This document shows, piece after piece, positions 1-10,504 of a DNA stretch of 64,000 nt. The DNA is from a virus. Taxonomy: Duplodnaviria > Caudoviricetes. The DNA is taken from positions 73,943 to 137,942 of the IMG/VR virus record IMGVR_UViG_3300036546_000172; one strand, 5' to 3'. Position 1 is the stretch's first letter. Each line of letters begins with the position of its first letter. The position numbers and the translations under genes are program-made. Below the pieces are notes generated by a model. It ran no database searches and was not told where the DNA came from. It worked only from the letters and a program-made list of their open reading frames with translations.

Positions 1-264
1 ATGGCCTCGTACCACGAGGCTATAGGCTGGAATGCTTGTGTAGACGCGATACTCACCGCCGCCCAAAGTGGGCAGGGTGTGGAGCCGGTAGAGTTTCAAG
101 ACTACGACGCGGGAATGCTTAATGATTGGGGTGGAGGAAATGTGTCTTGGTGGCTGGACTATTTGAGGGCCGAGATAGATAGAGCCAACAACCACTGGCG
201 GGAACAGACCGGCCCTCTACCTCTCTACACCCAATCCCAGCCGCCCAAGTCGAAGGAGGATTGA
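1..264 (+). CDS. hypothetical phage protein (possibly 5'-truncated)
   Basis: ORF at window edge; overlaps next ORF; GC-rich accessory block. Confidence 0.5.
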   Translation: MASYHEAIGWNACVDAILTAAQSGQGVEPVEFQDYDAGMLNDWGGGNVSWWLDYLRAEIDRANNHWREQTGPLPLYTQSQPPKSKED

Positions 265-473
265 TTATGTGGGACCACAGGTACAGACAACTGGAAGAAG
301 GCGAAACTGTGCAGGAAGGCGACGAGGTAGAGATAAGTAATGATGGATGGCGCGATCCGCCGAAGTGGGTGAAGGCTACCGGAAGTATCGGGCACAAAGC
401 TCCCTGCCCACATTATCCGTCACACCGCAAGTTTCGCAGGCTTAAATCTAAAGAGGACCGCGACCATGGGTGA
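261..473 (+). CDS. hypothetical protein
   Basis: GGAGG RBS upstream; coupled to neighbours. Confidence 0.6.
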   Translation: MIMWDHRYRQLEEGETVQEGDEVEISNDGWRDPPKWVKATGSIGHKAPCPHYPSHRKFRRLKSKEDRDHG

Positions 474-747
474 TCCAGTAATCCGGCGAGTGCGCCGGTC
501 AATCGACGAAGCCAAAAACCGTGGCGGGATGCAGGCAGGAATGCCCAAGGTGACTATTGATGCAGGTGATGCCGAACGGCTATGCATTGTGACGGAAGCC
601 CTCACCACTACCCAAGCCGAAAACAAGGCGTTGCGGGAGGCTTTGGAAGACGCCTTAGAGGCATGGAATTACGGGGAGTCGGTTAACCAGACTGACGCTT
701 ACGTAAAGGCCCGCGACCTGTTAATAGAGCTGGAGAAAGGATCATGA
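466..747 (+). CDS. hypothetical protein
   Basis: GAGG RBS; overlaps upstream stop. Confidence 0.6.
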   Translation: MGDPVIRRVRRSIDEAKNRGGMQAGMPKVTIDAGDAERLCIVTEALTTTQAENKALREALEDALEAWNYGESVNQTDAYVKARDLLIELEKGS

Positions 748-1487
748 GTGACAAAACAGAGTTTGAGAAGCGACTTTCGGTGCCTGAAGACGCTACCTGG
801 AGCGAGAAGAAACAGGGCTACTACTGGAGCAACTATCCGACCGTAGCGCACCCGTTCAATGATGACTGGTAAGTGTGGCAGGAGGCACTGGAGTATGTTC
901 GTGATCAGCAGTGGGTGCCATCTGGAATTGATTACGATCGGGCAATTCATCATAACCCTGACGCAAAAGCATGGGCCGACCTTTTCATGCAGACGTTCCC
1001 TCATTGCGGAGCCGATCCTGAGACAATGCACGGCTGGTTTGCCAATTCCATGATGGCGATGTATGACCACCTGAAAAACAATCAACCCGCCCAGCAAGGG
1101 AGTGTGCCGGATGTAGGTTCGATGGCTGAAGTGCTTGGCGAGTGGGTGCGGAACACTACAGGCACCGCTCTTACGCATGTAACCCTTGTTGACATGGTTC
1201 GCGTAATGCTTGCCACCACCGCGCCCCAGCCAGGGAGTGATGGCAATAAGCGTCATTGGTACGCCCTCAGCTACCGAGGCAGAGACCGGGAATCCGGATA
1301 CACTGCCGACGCAGTTACATATACCGGTTACCCGGAGAATGCTCTGACATTAGCAAGGATCCAGGCCGCAAAGGCTGACGCTGGTGTTGACGACAAGGCC
1401 GTTCTCGTTTGTGCAACCTACCTCGGGCACATGACCAAAGAGGAGTTCACCGCACAACCACCACGGGAGGGCGAAGGTGATGAGTGA
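744..1487 (+). pseudogene. hypothetical protein interrupted by an in-frame TAA at 870-872
   Basis: ATG 744 (ATGA overlap with upstream stop) reads MSDKTEFEKR...HPFNDDW*VWQEALEY..., continuous in frame with ORF 873..1487. Confidence 0.55.
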
Positions 1488-1956
1488 TTTTAAGAGCTGC
1501 GATGAGCTGGTTGAACACTTTGATAACCACACAAAGTACCTAATTGACAGCGACACATACGACATGATCCGTTTTGCATGGGAAGAGGCAAGCTCTGCGG
1601 TGCGGGACGAGATTAAAGCCGATCTTGAGCAGACTCAAGCAAGGGTGGCGGAGTTGGAGTCGATTCTTATCAGGCAACAATGTGAATATGTGAAAGGCCC
1701 TGACGGCTTTGAGACATGGAGAGATGCCGCGGTTTCGGAGAGGGCTTGGAGGGTATCAATGAAGCCTCTTAATGAAGTTGTAGACCTTGCGCGCGAAGCG
1801 ATGGACATATTCACCGGACCAAACATGAACGAAAGAAAGCTTTGCGCCGAACTGGTCAGACTGGATGAATTTTACACCAGAGAGGCTCAGCGCCTCCGTC
1901 AACAAGCCGACGAACTAGAGCAACACCCGGATGGTGATGTGCGTCGGAAATGCTAA
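1477..1956 (+). CDS. hypothetical protein
   Basis: 159-aa ORF coupled to upstream gene. Confidence 0.6.
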   Translation: MMSDFKSCDELVEHFDNHTKYLIDSDTYDMIRFAWEEASSAVRDEIKADLEQTQARVAELESILIRQQCEYVKGPDGFETWRDAAVSERAWRVSMKPLNEVVDLAREAMDIFTGPNMNERKLCAELVRLDEFYTREAQRLRQQADELEQHPDGDVRRKC

Positions 1957-2048
1957 CCTTTCCGAGAAAGACATTTACTACTTTGCTTAGAGATGTCACC
2001 AATATCTACCGCCAAGTCGATGAAATTGAAAAATATGAGAGGTTAAAA

Positions 2049-2555
2049 ATGAGTTGTATTTGGCTGTGTTCTGATTGGCATCTCGGGCATCAAGGTATAT
2101 CAAAGAAGTTCCGTACTCAGTTCAGTTCTGATGAAGATCACGATCAATTTTTCGTTGATGCTTATCACCAAGCTGGTGTCAAGAAACGAGACATAATCTT
2201 TATGCTCGGTGATATGGTGATCACTCAACGTGGATTCGATAGCTTGAGTCAGCTACACGGTGACAAGAGGATCATTCTAGGTAATCACGACCTGGAACGA
2301 GGGTGCAGTCTTGAACAGTTTCAACAACACTTCACTCAAATTCACGGAGCTTTGAAATACAAAGAGTTCTGGATGACTCATATTCCTATTCATCCGAACG
2401 AGCTCTTTGGTAAGATTAATCTTCACGGACACGTACACAACAAAACGGTTCAGGATGAGCGGTATATTAATCTTTGCCCTGAATTCTTAATGGAAGAGTT
2501 CGGAACACCGATCATCAAACTACAAGATCTTAGACAATGGTTGAGAACAAGATGA
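2049..2555 (+). CDS. calcineurin-like metallophosphoesterase
   Basis: SDWHLGH, LGD, GNHD and HGHVH motifs; GAGG RBS before ATG 2049. Confidence 0.85.
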   Translation: MSCIWLCSDWHLGHQGISKKFRTQFSSDEDHDQFFVDAYHQAGVKKRDIIFMLGDMVITQRGFDSLSQLHGDKRIILGNHDLERGCSLEQFQQHFTQIHGALKYKEFWMTHIPIHPNELFGKINLHGHVHNKTVQDERYINLCPEFLMEEFGTPIIKLQDLRQWLRTR

Positions 2556-3019
2556 GAATTTGGATAGATACAGAGTTCAACGGGTTTGGCGGTAAGCTGT
2601 TATCCATTGCGCTCGTGGCAGAAGATCAGTCGTATTTGTATGAAGTACTTCCTGCTGCTATGGAAGAATGTGTTGAATGGGTACAAGAGAACGTGCTGCC
2701 TCAGATTAAAGCCGATCCTGAAGGAGGTGAAATAGAATTCTATACTCCGTTGATCACAGTTAAACACAAGATCTCTGAATTCTTATGCAAATATGACCAC
2801 GTAGAGATCATTGCTGACTGGCCAGATGATATTCGATATCTGATGGAGCTGCTCATCGTTGGTCCTGGACTGGCTGTGTCTACTCCTACTATAATGAATC
2901 TAACCATAGATCGATCATTGAACGGTCTGTCAATGCTGCCTCATCATGCCTATTTCGATGCTGTAGGTAACATGATGCAACAACTGAATAACGAATACGG
3001 AACAAAACCTTATGTGTGA
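2552..3019 (+). CDS. DEDDh 3'-5' exonuclease/exoribonuclease
   Basis: IDTEF N-terminal motif, DWPDD, HHAYFDA. Confidence 0.7.
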   Translation: MRIWIDTEFNGFGGKLLSIALVAEDQSYLYEVLPAAMEECVEWVQENVLPQIKADPEGGEIEFYTPLITVKHKISEFLCKYDHVEIIADWPDDIRYLMELLIVGPGLAVSTPTIMNLTIDRSLNGLSMLPHHAYFDAVGNMMQQLNNEYGTKPYV

Positions 3020-4085
3020 TAGGATCTTAGTACTTGGAGATATTCATATTGGAGCTAGAAACAGCTCGCACGTATTTCGTGAATTGTTTCGCAGCTACTT
3101 TCGAGATTGTGTGTTTCCATCAGTCAAAGAACGTAAGATTAAGAAGATCATTCAACTGGGCGACTTTTTCGACAATCGCAACAGCGTGTCTCTGCATGAC
3201 ATCGACTATGTGTTGCGTGAATTCTTGCCTCAGCTTGAAGAGACAGGCGCACACATGTACGTTCTGGCTGGCAATCACGACGTAGCCTTCAAGAACACCA
3301 ACCGCGTACATTCTCTGTCTATTCTCGAAACATCTCCTAGTGTCACGATTGTTCATGACCATGTAGAATCGATCCGTACTGAGTCTAAGACGTTCGTTCT
3401 ATGTCCGTGGATCAACAACGAGAATGAAGAGCAGTTGATGGAGGACTTGAAGGCGTACGCTACGAAGAATCACATCTTGTGTGGTCACTTTGAGTTCGAA
3501 GGCATGCGCATGAACAAGACATCCAAACCATGCGAACATGGACTTAATCCAAAAGACTTTAAGAAATACGATCGTGTGATCAGCGGTCACTTCCATCATC
3601 CGTCTACGTATGGTAATGTAAGCTACATGGGATCGGTGTTTCATCTGACGTGGCAAGATCACGACGATTCCAAGTTCATCTACATCTATGATACTAACAC
3701 CGATGAGTTCGAACCGATTGAGAATCCGTACTCGCTCTATACTCAGATTGATTATCACGAGTGTAACATGACCGACGATGAGCTGTCTGATGAATGTCGT
3801 GGTAAGTTTGTACGCATCATCATAGATCAAGAGTACAAGCGCGTGGAGCTCAAGGATCTGATTCATCGTATTGAGAAGGTCAAGCCTCTGTCTGTAGATG
3901 TCATTGATAACACGATCCTAGATGTACAAGTTAATGATACCTCAGAGGTTGAACTATCTGACTCTAAGGATATCAAAGACTACGTGGATGAGTTCTTAAA
4001 AGACTCTGAGAGTAAAAGCACTCTGGTATCTATGTTCGATGAGATCTATACTGAAGCTCAGCAACGTATGAAAGAGATTGAATAA
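3012..4085 (+). CDS. 47: recombination endonuclease, Mre11/SbcD-like (T4 gp47)
   Basis: GDIHIG, GDFFD, GNHD and SGHFH motifs; precedes gp46. Confidence 0.93.
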   Translation: MCDRILVLGDIHIGARNSSHVFRELFRSYFRDCVFPSVKERKIKKIIQLGDFFDNRNSVSLHDIDYVLREFLPQLEETGAHMYVLAGNHDVAFKNTNRVHSLSILETSPSVTIVHDHVESIRTESKTFVLCPWINNENEEQLMEDLKAYATKNHILCGHFEFEGMRMNKTSKPCEHGLNPKDFKKYDRVISGHFHHPSTYGNVSYMGSVFHLTWQDHDDSKFIYIYDTNTDEFEPIENPYSLYTQIDYHECNMTDDELSDECRGKFVRIIIDQEYKRVELKDLIHRIEKVKPLSVDVIDNTILDVQVNDTSEVELSDSKDIKDYVDEFLKDSESKSTLVSMFDEIYTEAQQRMKEIE

Positions 4086-5785
4086 TGCCTTATTTCACGT
4101 CATTAGAATACAAGAACATCCAGAGCGTCGGTAATCACCCAGTTAAGATTCAACTGGATCGCAGCCCCAATACGCTAATAGGCGGTCCTAACGGAGCGGG
4201 AAAAAGCACCATGCTTTACGCGTTCGCCTACTCATTATTCGGTAAGTTTCCATCAGGTGCTAAACTGGCTGATGCGATCAACAGCGTCAATAAGAAGAAT
4301 CTGCTGGTGACTATAGAGTTCTCCGAGCGTGGAGATAATTACCGTGTCGTCCGAGGTGAGAAGCCCAAGAAGTTCGAGATCTATAAGAACGATGAGCTTG
4401 TAGATCAACAGGCTAACTCACGTGATCAACAGAAGATGCTTGAAATCATACTGGGCATGGACTACAAGACGTTCACTCAGATCGTCATGCTCAATAAAGA
4501 ACGGTACGTTCCGTTCATGGAGATGAACGCAGCCGAACGACGGAAGGTGATCGAGGATATACTAGGCATCTCTATCTTCTCAGAGATGAATGAGGTGTTG
4601 AAAGTTAGGCTCAAAGATAGCCAAAGAGAGTTGGCTAACATCGAGCGTCAAATCGAGGTTAAGACTACTGAGCTTCAAGGTCAACAGAGACTGGTCAATC
4701 AGATTCAAGACAGCATGAAGGTTGCGTCTGCTAATAACCAGACTAAAATAGATGAGCTCAAGGTCAGTATCGTCGATCTGAAGCAGCAGAAGCAAGATCT
4801 AGAATCACAACTCAGTAAGCTATCTACTGACGGTCATGACAGCATTAAGAAGCAGAAACGTGAATTTGAGACTCTAGCTATACAATTTGAGCAGAAGATC
4901 AACAATGCTAAGAAGAACTCATCGTTCTTTGAGCTGAACGATCACTGTCCTACGTGTGGTCAAGATATTGATGATGCGTTAAAGCATGATAAGAAGCATG
5001 AGTGTGATATCGAGGTTCAAAAGATACAGGACGTAGTAGCTGAGATGATGGTCGAGCTTGAATCTGTGATCAAGCAGGATGCTCATTACAAAGACATCAT
5101 CGAACATCAACAGAAGATCAATACTGAGCTGAACAGTATCAATTTTGAAATACGATCGGTTACGTCACAGTTAAACAGCTATTTGAAAGAAAGCACATCT
5201 ATTGATCAGCAAGAAAAACTTGATGAGGCTGTGTCAGAGTACAACAGCCTTGAATCGCACATCAGTGAACTGAGACAGCATTATACTGATAGTGATAAGC
5301 AGAACGACGTACTGGAGTCTATGAAGGCTGTATTAAAGGATGATGGTGTAAAGGCGATCATTATCCAAGAGTATATGGCTCTGATGAATCGTAAGGTTAA
5401 TGAATATCTTCAAGCTATGAACTTCTATATCAATATGACACTTGATGAGAACTTCAAAGAGACGTTCGGTGCCATGCATAAAGAGAAGTTCACGATGAAC
5501 AATCTATCCACGGGACAGAAAGCTCGTGTCAACATAGCGATATGGTTGGCGTTGCTTGAGGTGGCTGCGATCAAGAACAGTGTGGTCTCTAACGTAATCC
5601 TAATGGATGAGATTCTCGAGAACGTAGACTCTGAAGGGGTCAAAGATGTGATGAACCTATTCAAGGAGAAACTCAGTGACAAGAACATCTTCTTGATCAC
5701 TCAGCGCTTTGATGAGTTTGAAGATCTGTTCAGGTCATCTATTAAGTTCAAACTGAACCAAGGCTTCACAGAGATGTGTAACTGA
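4085..5785 (+). CDS. 46: recombination ATPase, Rad50/SbcC-like (T4 gp46)
   Basis: GPNGAGKST Walker A, CPTC zinc hook, coiled coil, LSTGQ signature, MDE Walker B. Confidence 0.95.
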   Translation: MPYFTSLEYKNIQSVGNHPVKIQLDRSPNTLIGGPNGAGKSTMLYAFAYSLFGKFPSGAKLADAINSVNKKNLLVTIEFSERGDNYRVVRGEKPKKFEIYKNDELVDQQANSRDQQKMLEIILGMDYKTFTQIVMLNKERYVPFMEMNAAERRKVIEDILGISIFSEMNEVLKVRLKDSQRELANIERQIEVKTTELQGQQRLVNQIQDSMKVASANNQTKIDELKVSIVDLKQQKQDLESQLSKLSTDGHDSIKKQKREFETLAIQFEQKINNAKKNSSFFELNDHCPTCGQDIDDALKHDKKHECDIEVQKIQDVVAEMMVELESVIKQDAHYKDIIEHQQKINTELNSINFEIRSVTSQLNSYLKESTSIDQQEKLDEAVSEYNSLESHISELRQHYTDSDKQNDVLESMKAVLKDDGVKAIIIQEYMALMNRKVNEYLQAMNFYINMTLDENFKETFGAMHKEKFTMNNLSTGQKARVNIAIWLALLEVAAIKNSVVSNVILMDEILENVDSEGVKDVMNLFKEKLSDKNIFLITQRFDEFEDLFRSSIKFKLNQGFTEMCN

Positions 5786-5852
5786 CGTCGAGTTGATTTA
5801 AAGTTGTTATCTATATACAATGAAAACACTATTCATTATTTGAGGTTATATC

Positions 5853-7109
5853 ATGGATTCTTATAGACAAGCTCTTCAGTACTGCCGAGATGGTTTGTTA
5901 AAAATGACAGACGATGGCGAGGGTCATCGTCTGTTCTGCTACACCAAGTCTTGCTTTTTTGGTAAAGATACATGGGACGATGTCACTAAGACTCATCGCG
6001 GCAAGCTGTACTATGAGAACAAGCCCGTTAATCACCCATTCACTAAGATCTTTAACGTAGATGAAGTTACAGAGACTGAGCATAACCTCATCTACAATCG
6101 CATGCAGAATGAACCATACGAGATCCTAGATAAGGCTAATGGACATTTGTTCATAGTATCGATGTTCCAGGACTCCAAAGGTGAGCAGCACGTGGTATTC
6201 TCTACCAAGGGCTCAATGCCGAACCCCGAGAACGATCTACTGAATGATGACATTCGTATATTCGCTCACAAATACTCAGAACAACTGGATAAGCTGTGTT
6301 TTGTGATGCCTAATGTTACATTGATGTTTGAGGCTATCGTCGCTCATGATAAGCACTCAATGTATGATCTGCAGGTCGAGCAGTATGGATCTGAAAACGA
6401 CTTTGTTCTGCTCGGTGCTGCAATCAACCTAGGACGCGAGCACATCGACCTCGGTAACGAAGATGAGTTAAAGAACATCCAGCATTCAGAGCACAATACA
6501 ACTACACTGGCTGACTATCCGTGGGTAGAAAGTGATTGGCACCAATTGTTGAAGCTATCACATTTCATCGGTTGTCCTGTTGTCCATTGCTACGATTTCA
6601 TTGAAGGCTCACCTGAGACCTGGAAAGAGCATACTGATCGTGAAGGTTATGTGATTCGTTTCCTGACAGATAACGCAAGAGTTAAGATCAAGACTACTGA
6701 ATATTGGAAGAATCGATTCAAAAAAGATCTGACACCTGAGGTATTATTATCTACGTTCGCTAAAGGCGGAGCTGCATTGATGCAGGAGAAGATCGCTAAC
6801 AAATGCATTGCTAAAATCGAAAGTTATTTCATCTCATGGTACATGGATGATCTGATTCGATGGAAATCTGAAGTGCTGCCATACCTGAAACAGAAGAACA
6901 ATCAATTGTCATCTAAAGATCGCAAATGGCTGTTCACTGAATCCTACTTCTGCAGTTTCCAGCGTCAATACATTGCAGCGATAGTAGATGGTAAGAATCT
7001 GGATATCACACAGAACAAAACTCTGCGTCAGATGTTCGTAGATGATGTAGCTCTTGAGCGTGCAGATATCAAACAATCGCTTGAACAGATTGTAGTGAAT
7101 GCTCTATAA
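5853..7109 (+). CDS. RNA ligase 1 (T4 RnlA-like)
   Basis: KIFN, motif I DKANGH, FE, EGYVI and KIK nucleotidyltransferase motifs. Confidence 0.8.
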   Translation: MDSYRQALQYCRDGLLKMTDDGEGHRLFCYTKSCFFGKDTWDDVTKTHRGKLYYENKPVNHPFTKIFNVDEVTETEHNLIYNRMQNEPYEILDKANGHLFIVSMFQDSKGEQHVVFSTKGSMPNPENDLLNDDIRIFAHKYSEQLDKLCFVMPNVTLMFEAIVAHDKHSMYDLQVEQYGSENDFVLLGAAINLGREHIDLGNEDELKNIQHSEHNTTTLADYPWVESDWHQLLKLSHFIGCPVVHCYDFIEGSPETWKEHTDREGYVIRFLTDNARVKIKTTEYWKNRFKKDLTPEVLLSTFAKGGAALMQEKIANKCIAKIESYFISWYMDDLIRWKSEVLPYLKQKNNQLSSKDRKWLFTESYFCSFQRQYIAAIVDGKNLDITQNKTLRQMFVDDVALERADIKQSLEQIVVNAL

Positions 7110-7112
7110 TGA

Positions 7113-7637
7113 ATGAAACGTGAGGACATAACTATGATATTTTTAATGAGAGCTACCACTTGTTCAGGCAAGAGCACATTCATTGCTCAAAACTTTCCTA
7201 ATTCAAATGCAGTATTCTCATCAGATGATTTCCGTGAGATGCTGACCGGTGATAGGACAAATCAGCAGTTCAATAAGCGAGTGTTTGAGATCATGCATTC
7301 GATTATTGACTTCCGTCTGCACAATCGAGCTGAATACACAGTGTATGATGCTACTAATCTGCGCATTCGTGATGCTTCAATGATGATCGAATTGTCCAAG
7401 AAACATCAGATTCCATTGACGGTGATTTCAATCGAACCTCCTACACTGGATGAACTGATCAGACGCAACCGCATTCGTAATAACGAGACTGGATTCAACG
7501 TACCTCAGAATGTGATAGAGAAGCATCTTCATCGATACTATGAGTGTATGGATCCTTTCTTGGAGGAGAGTAAAAATAATCTTCTGTTCAAGTTTATTGA
7601 GATAAACCAAGATCATGAGGTGATTCGTGAAGTATAG
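7113..7637 (+). CDS. polynucleotide kinase (P-loop kinase domain)
   Basis: CSGKST P-loop, SSDDFR, DATNL and RNxxR motifs of Pnk kinases. Confidence 0.8.
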   Translation: MKREDITMIFLMRATTCSGKSTFIAQNFPNSNAVFSSDDFREMLTGDRTNQQFNKRVFEIMHSIIDFRLHNRAEYTVYDATNLRIRDASMMIELSKKHQIPLTVISIEPPTLDELIRRNRIRNNETGFNVPQNVIEKHLHRYYECMDPFLEESKNNLLFKFIEINQDHEVIREV

Positions 7638-8388
7638 TCCAATACATTCACAATCTGTGACTATGGGTCATCACATACGCACGTTTGGTCAAGATGTGTG
7701 GATTATTGGTGACGTACATGGATGCTATCGTGAGTTTAGAGATCTGTGTCATCAGATCAGACGTCTAAATTCACAAGCTATCATTATACAACTGGGTGAT
7801 CTCATCGATCGAGGACCTGGGATGTCTCAAGTGTTTGATGTGATTGAAGATTATAATGTGATATGCACCATTGGAAACCATGAGTTGAACTTTCTGATGG
7901 AGCATGATGGAGTCAAGCGATGCAACAGCAAAGCACGACACATCAATCATGATCGCATGGCTTCATACTCCATCGGTGAACAAGATCGTATCTTAACTCA
8001 CCTGCGAAGCATGTATAATGTCATAGTGGTAGATATTGAGCTCAAAACAGGTGAAATCGAGCGCTGGTGTCTATCACACGCTCCGGTCAAAGGGTATGAG
8101 CAGGCCTGGCCTTTCCATGGTCTGCAATCACGCAATGCCTGGACCTATTGCTCACGCACAGAGCCTTATGATGAGACTTACCTACACAGTGATGACAGAG
8201 CCGCTCACGGACATCAGCATTGGAACTATATTCCAATTGAGGATCAGATTGCTCAGATATTAGCTGGTGAGAGAAAAACATTGAACGTGGATGGAGGCTG
8301 TGTGTACGGCGGTGAACTAGCGGCTGTTAATCTCAACAGTCTATTTGCATTAAAAATCGGTGCATATGAGAGTTACTGGAAACAGTGA
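7627..8388 (+). CDS. metallophosphoesterase (Pnkp-phosphatase/PPP-like)
   Basis: GDVHGC, GDLIDRGP, GNHE, HGH and DGGCVYGG motifs. Confidence 0.85.
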   Translation: MKYSPIHSQSVTMGHHIRTFGQDVWIIGDVHGCYREFRDLCHQIRRLNSQAIIIQLGDLIDRGPGMSQVFDVIEDYNVICTIGNHELNFLMEHDGVKRCNSKARHINHDRMASYSIGEQDRILTHLRSMYNVIVVDIELKTGEIERWCLSHAPVKGYEQAWPFHGLQSRNAWTYCSRTEPYDETYLHSDDRAAHGHQHWNYIPIEDQIAQILAGERKTLNVDGGCVYGGELAAVNLNSLFALKIGAYESYWKQ

Positions 8389-8431
8389 CCTATATCATGT
8401 ACAATAGTGTTCTTTATAACAGAGGTGAACT

Positions 8432-9133
8432 ATGAAATTGAATCTTAGCAAGCAAACCATCGATACATTGAAGAAAGTGTATGAAGTCAACCAAGGCATC
8501 AAGTTCGTAGAAGGTGACAAGACTCTCAAAGTCAAATCCACTGATAACACGCTGCTGATGCATGCGCCTATCGACGAAGAGTTTCCACGTGATTTCTACG
8601 TGTATAACCTTCGTGAGTTTCTGTCTGTGTTGTCTATCATTGAGGATCCGACTCTGGATTTTTCAAATGATCAGTTTATGACTGTGACATCCAAAGACGG
8701 TAAGCAGAAGCTGCGCTACCTGGAATCAGATCCACAATTTGTCACATCATACACAGACAAAGAGCCTCGTGTACCGTCTACGGAGTTTATTGCTGATGTG
8801 ACAGCTGATCAATTTGCATCGGTAATGAAAGCTGCTCAAACCATGCGATTGGAATTCGTAGGCTTTGTCTGCGATGGCAGCACAATCACCTTGACAGCAT
8901 TCAATCGCAATAACGGTGATCAAGCCATCACCAATAACTTTGCCATTGAAATGGGAGATCACGACACTCCGTTTGAAATGTTCTACAAATTGGATTCTCA
9001 GAACATTGGTGTACTGCTCGGTGAGGGTGATTTGTCATTTGAGGTCTCTGAGAAGAAGATCAGCAAGGTGTCAACCGACAGTGGTAAGACTTTCTGGATC
9101 GCCATGAACGCTAATTCCAAGTACGGTGAATAA
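8432..9133 (+). CDS. 45: sliding clamp (T4 gp45)
   Basis: MKLNLSKQT..., YNLREFLSVLSI pattern; 45-44-62-regA synteny. Confidence 0.9.
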   Translation: MKLNLSKQTIDTLKKVYEVNQGIKFVEGDKTLKVKSTDNTLLMHAPIDEEFPRDFYVYNLREFLSVLSIIEDPTLDFSNDQFMTVTSKDGKQKLRYLESDPQFVTSYTDKEPRVPSTEFIADVTADQFASVMKAAQTMRLEFVGFVCDGSTITLTAFNRNNGDQAITNNFAIEMGDHDTPFEMFYKLDSQNIGVLLGEGDLSFEVSEKKISKVSTDSGKTFWIAMNANSKYGE

Positions 9134-10079
9134 TATGGATTTTGATGCAACACAATCTTTATGGGTTGAAAAGTACAGACCGCGAACCATTGATGCTTGC
9201 ATTCTGAAACAGAGCACGAAGGTTGAAGCCAAGAGCATGGTGAAGGAGGGTAAGATTCAGAATTGTCTGTTCTACGGCCCTCCTGGTACAGGCAAGACTA
9301 CACTGGCTCGTGCTCTGTGTAATGAGCTGGATATCGACTACATGATCATTAACGCGTCTAATGAACGCGGCTTGGATGTTATCCGTGAGAAGATCACAAG
9401 CTTCGCCTCTACTGTCTCTATGTCTGGTAATGGTAAGTGCTTCATTCTAGATGAGGCTGATCACCTGCTTCCCAATACTCAGGCAGCTCTGCGCGGGGCA
9501 GCAGAAGAGTTCTCTAAGTCATGCTCGTTTATTATGACAGCCAACTATCCTAACCGGATTATCCCGGCGCTGCATTCACGATTTGTAGGAGTGGATTTTG
9601 GTGTAGATAAGGCTGAAATGGATCAGATGCAGGCTCAATTCTTCATGCGAGTGATTGAGATCCTGGAGAATGAAGACATCGAATATGATGAGGCTGTATT
9701 AGCTGCTGTCATTCAGAAACACTTTCCTGACAATCGCAAGATCCTAGGTCTGTTACAGCAGTATGGTCGTCATGGTAAGATTGACGAAGGTATTCTGATG
9801 ATGATGGAGGAGGTGTCTATTGATAACCTGCTCACATCTATCAAGAGCAAAAAGTTCAAACAGATCGTACAATGGGCTGAAGACAATAAGGACAACGATA
9901 CATCTACAGTCTATGACAAGATCTATAAGGCGTTGAAGCAATGGATCGAGCCATCATCTGTACCGGATGCTATTATGATCTTAGAAGAGTACCAGCGTCA
10001 CGATTCTATTGTACCTAGCAAAGAATTGCATCTGGCGGCTATGTGTACTGAGCTCATGACTACTGTGGACTTTAAGTAA
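9126..10079 (+). CDS. 44: clamp loader large subunit (T4 gp44)
   Basis: WVEKYRP, GPPGTGKT, NAS, DEAD and LHSR RFC motifs. Confidence 0.95.
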   Translation: MNNMDFDATQSLWVEKYRPRTIDACILKQSTKVEAKSMVKEGKIQNCLFYGPPGTGKTTLARALCNELDIDYMIINASNERGLDVIREKITSFASTVSMSGNGKCFILDEADHLLPNTQAALRGAAEEFSKSCSFIMTANYPNRIIPALHSRFVGVDFGVDKAEMDQMQAQFFMRVIEILENEDIEYDEAVLAAVIQKHFPDNRKILGLLQQYGRHGKIDEGILMMMEEVSIDNLLTSIKSKKFKQIVQWAEDNKDNDTSTVYDKIYKALKQWIEPSSVPDAIMILEEYQRHDSIVPSKELHLAAMCTELMTTVDFK

Positions 10080-10504
10080 TGGCTAAGAAGAGAGAGCTTG
10101 ATCAGAAACAGGAGAAGAATGTCACTCTGTTTGACTTCATTAACGATATCTCTTGTGATAAGCGCTACCTTCTCAATGACGACACGATCGGAGCCTATAA
10201 CGCGTTTATGGTGAATCGTGGATTGTCACAGCATATGGATACTATACTGCTGGCGAATGAAATGAATAAGAGATCCGGTGTAACAGACGAGATGCATCAT
10301 GACTTTTTGTTCTTTGCTGTCGATAGTAAGAAGCGATATGGTAAATGGGCTAAGAAGACTGAGACAGATGCAGAGGTGATAAATCACATCAGGCTCCAAT
10401 ACAACATTGGTCCTGAACGTGCAATTGAATATTTTAATCTGATGTCTGATGATGAAAAAGATCAGATTGAGAAACTCTTGAAATCAAAAGGTGGTAGAAA
10501 ATGA
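10079..10504 (+). CDS. 62: clamp loader small subunit (T4 gp62)
   Basis: LFDFIN, YNAFMVNRGLS and KRYGKWAK; synteny. Confidence 0.9.
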   Translation: MAKKRELDQKQEKNVTLFDFINDISCDKRYLLNDDTIGAYNAFMVNRGLSQHMDTILLANEMNKRSGVTDEMHHDFLFFAVDSKKRYGKWAKKTETDAEVINHIRLQYNIGPERAIEYFNLMSDDEKDQIEKLLKSKGGRK

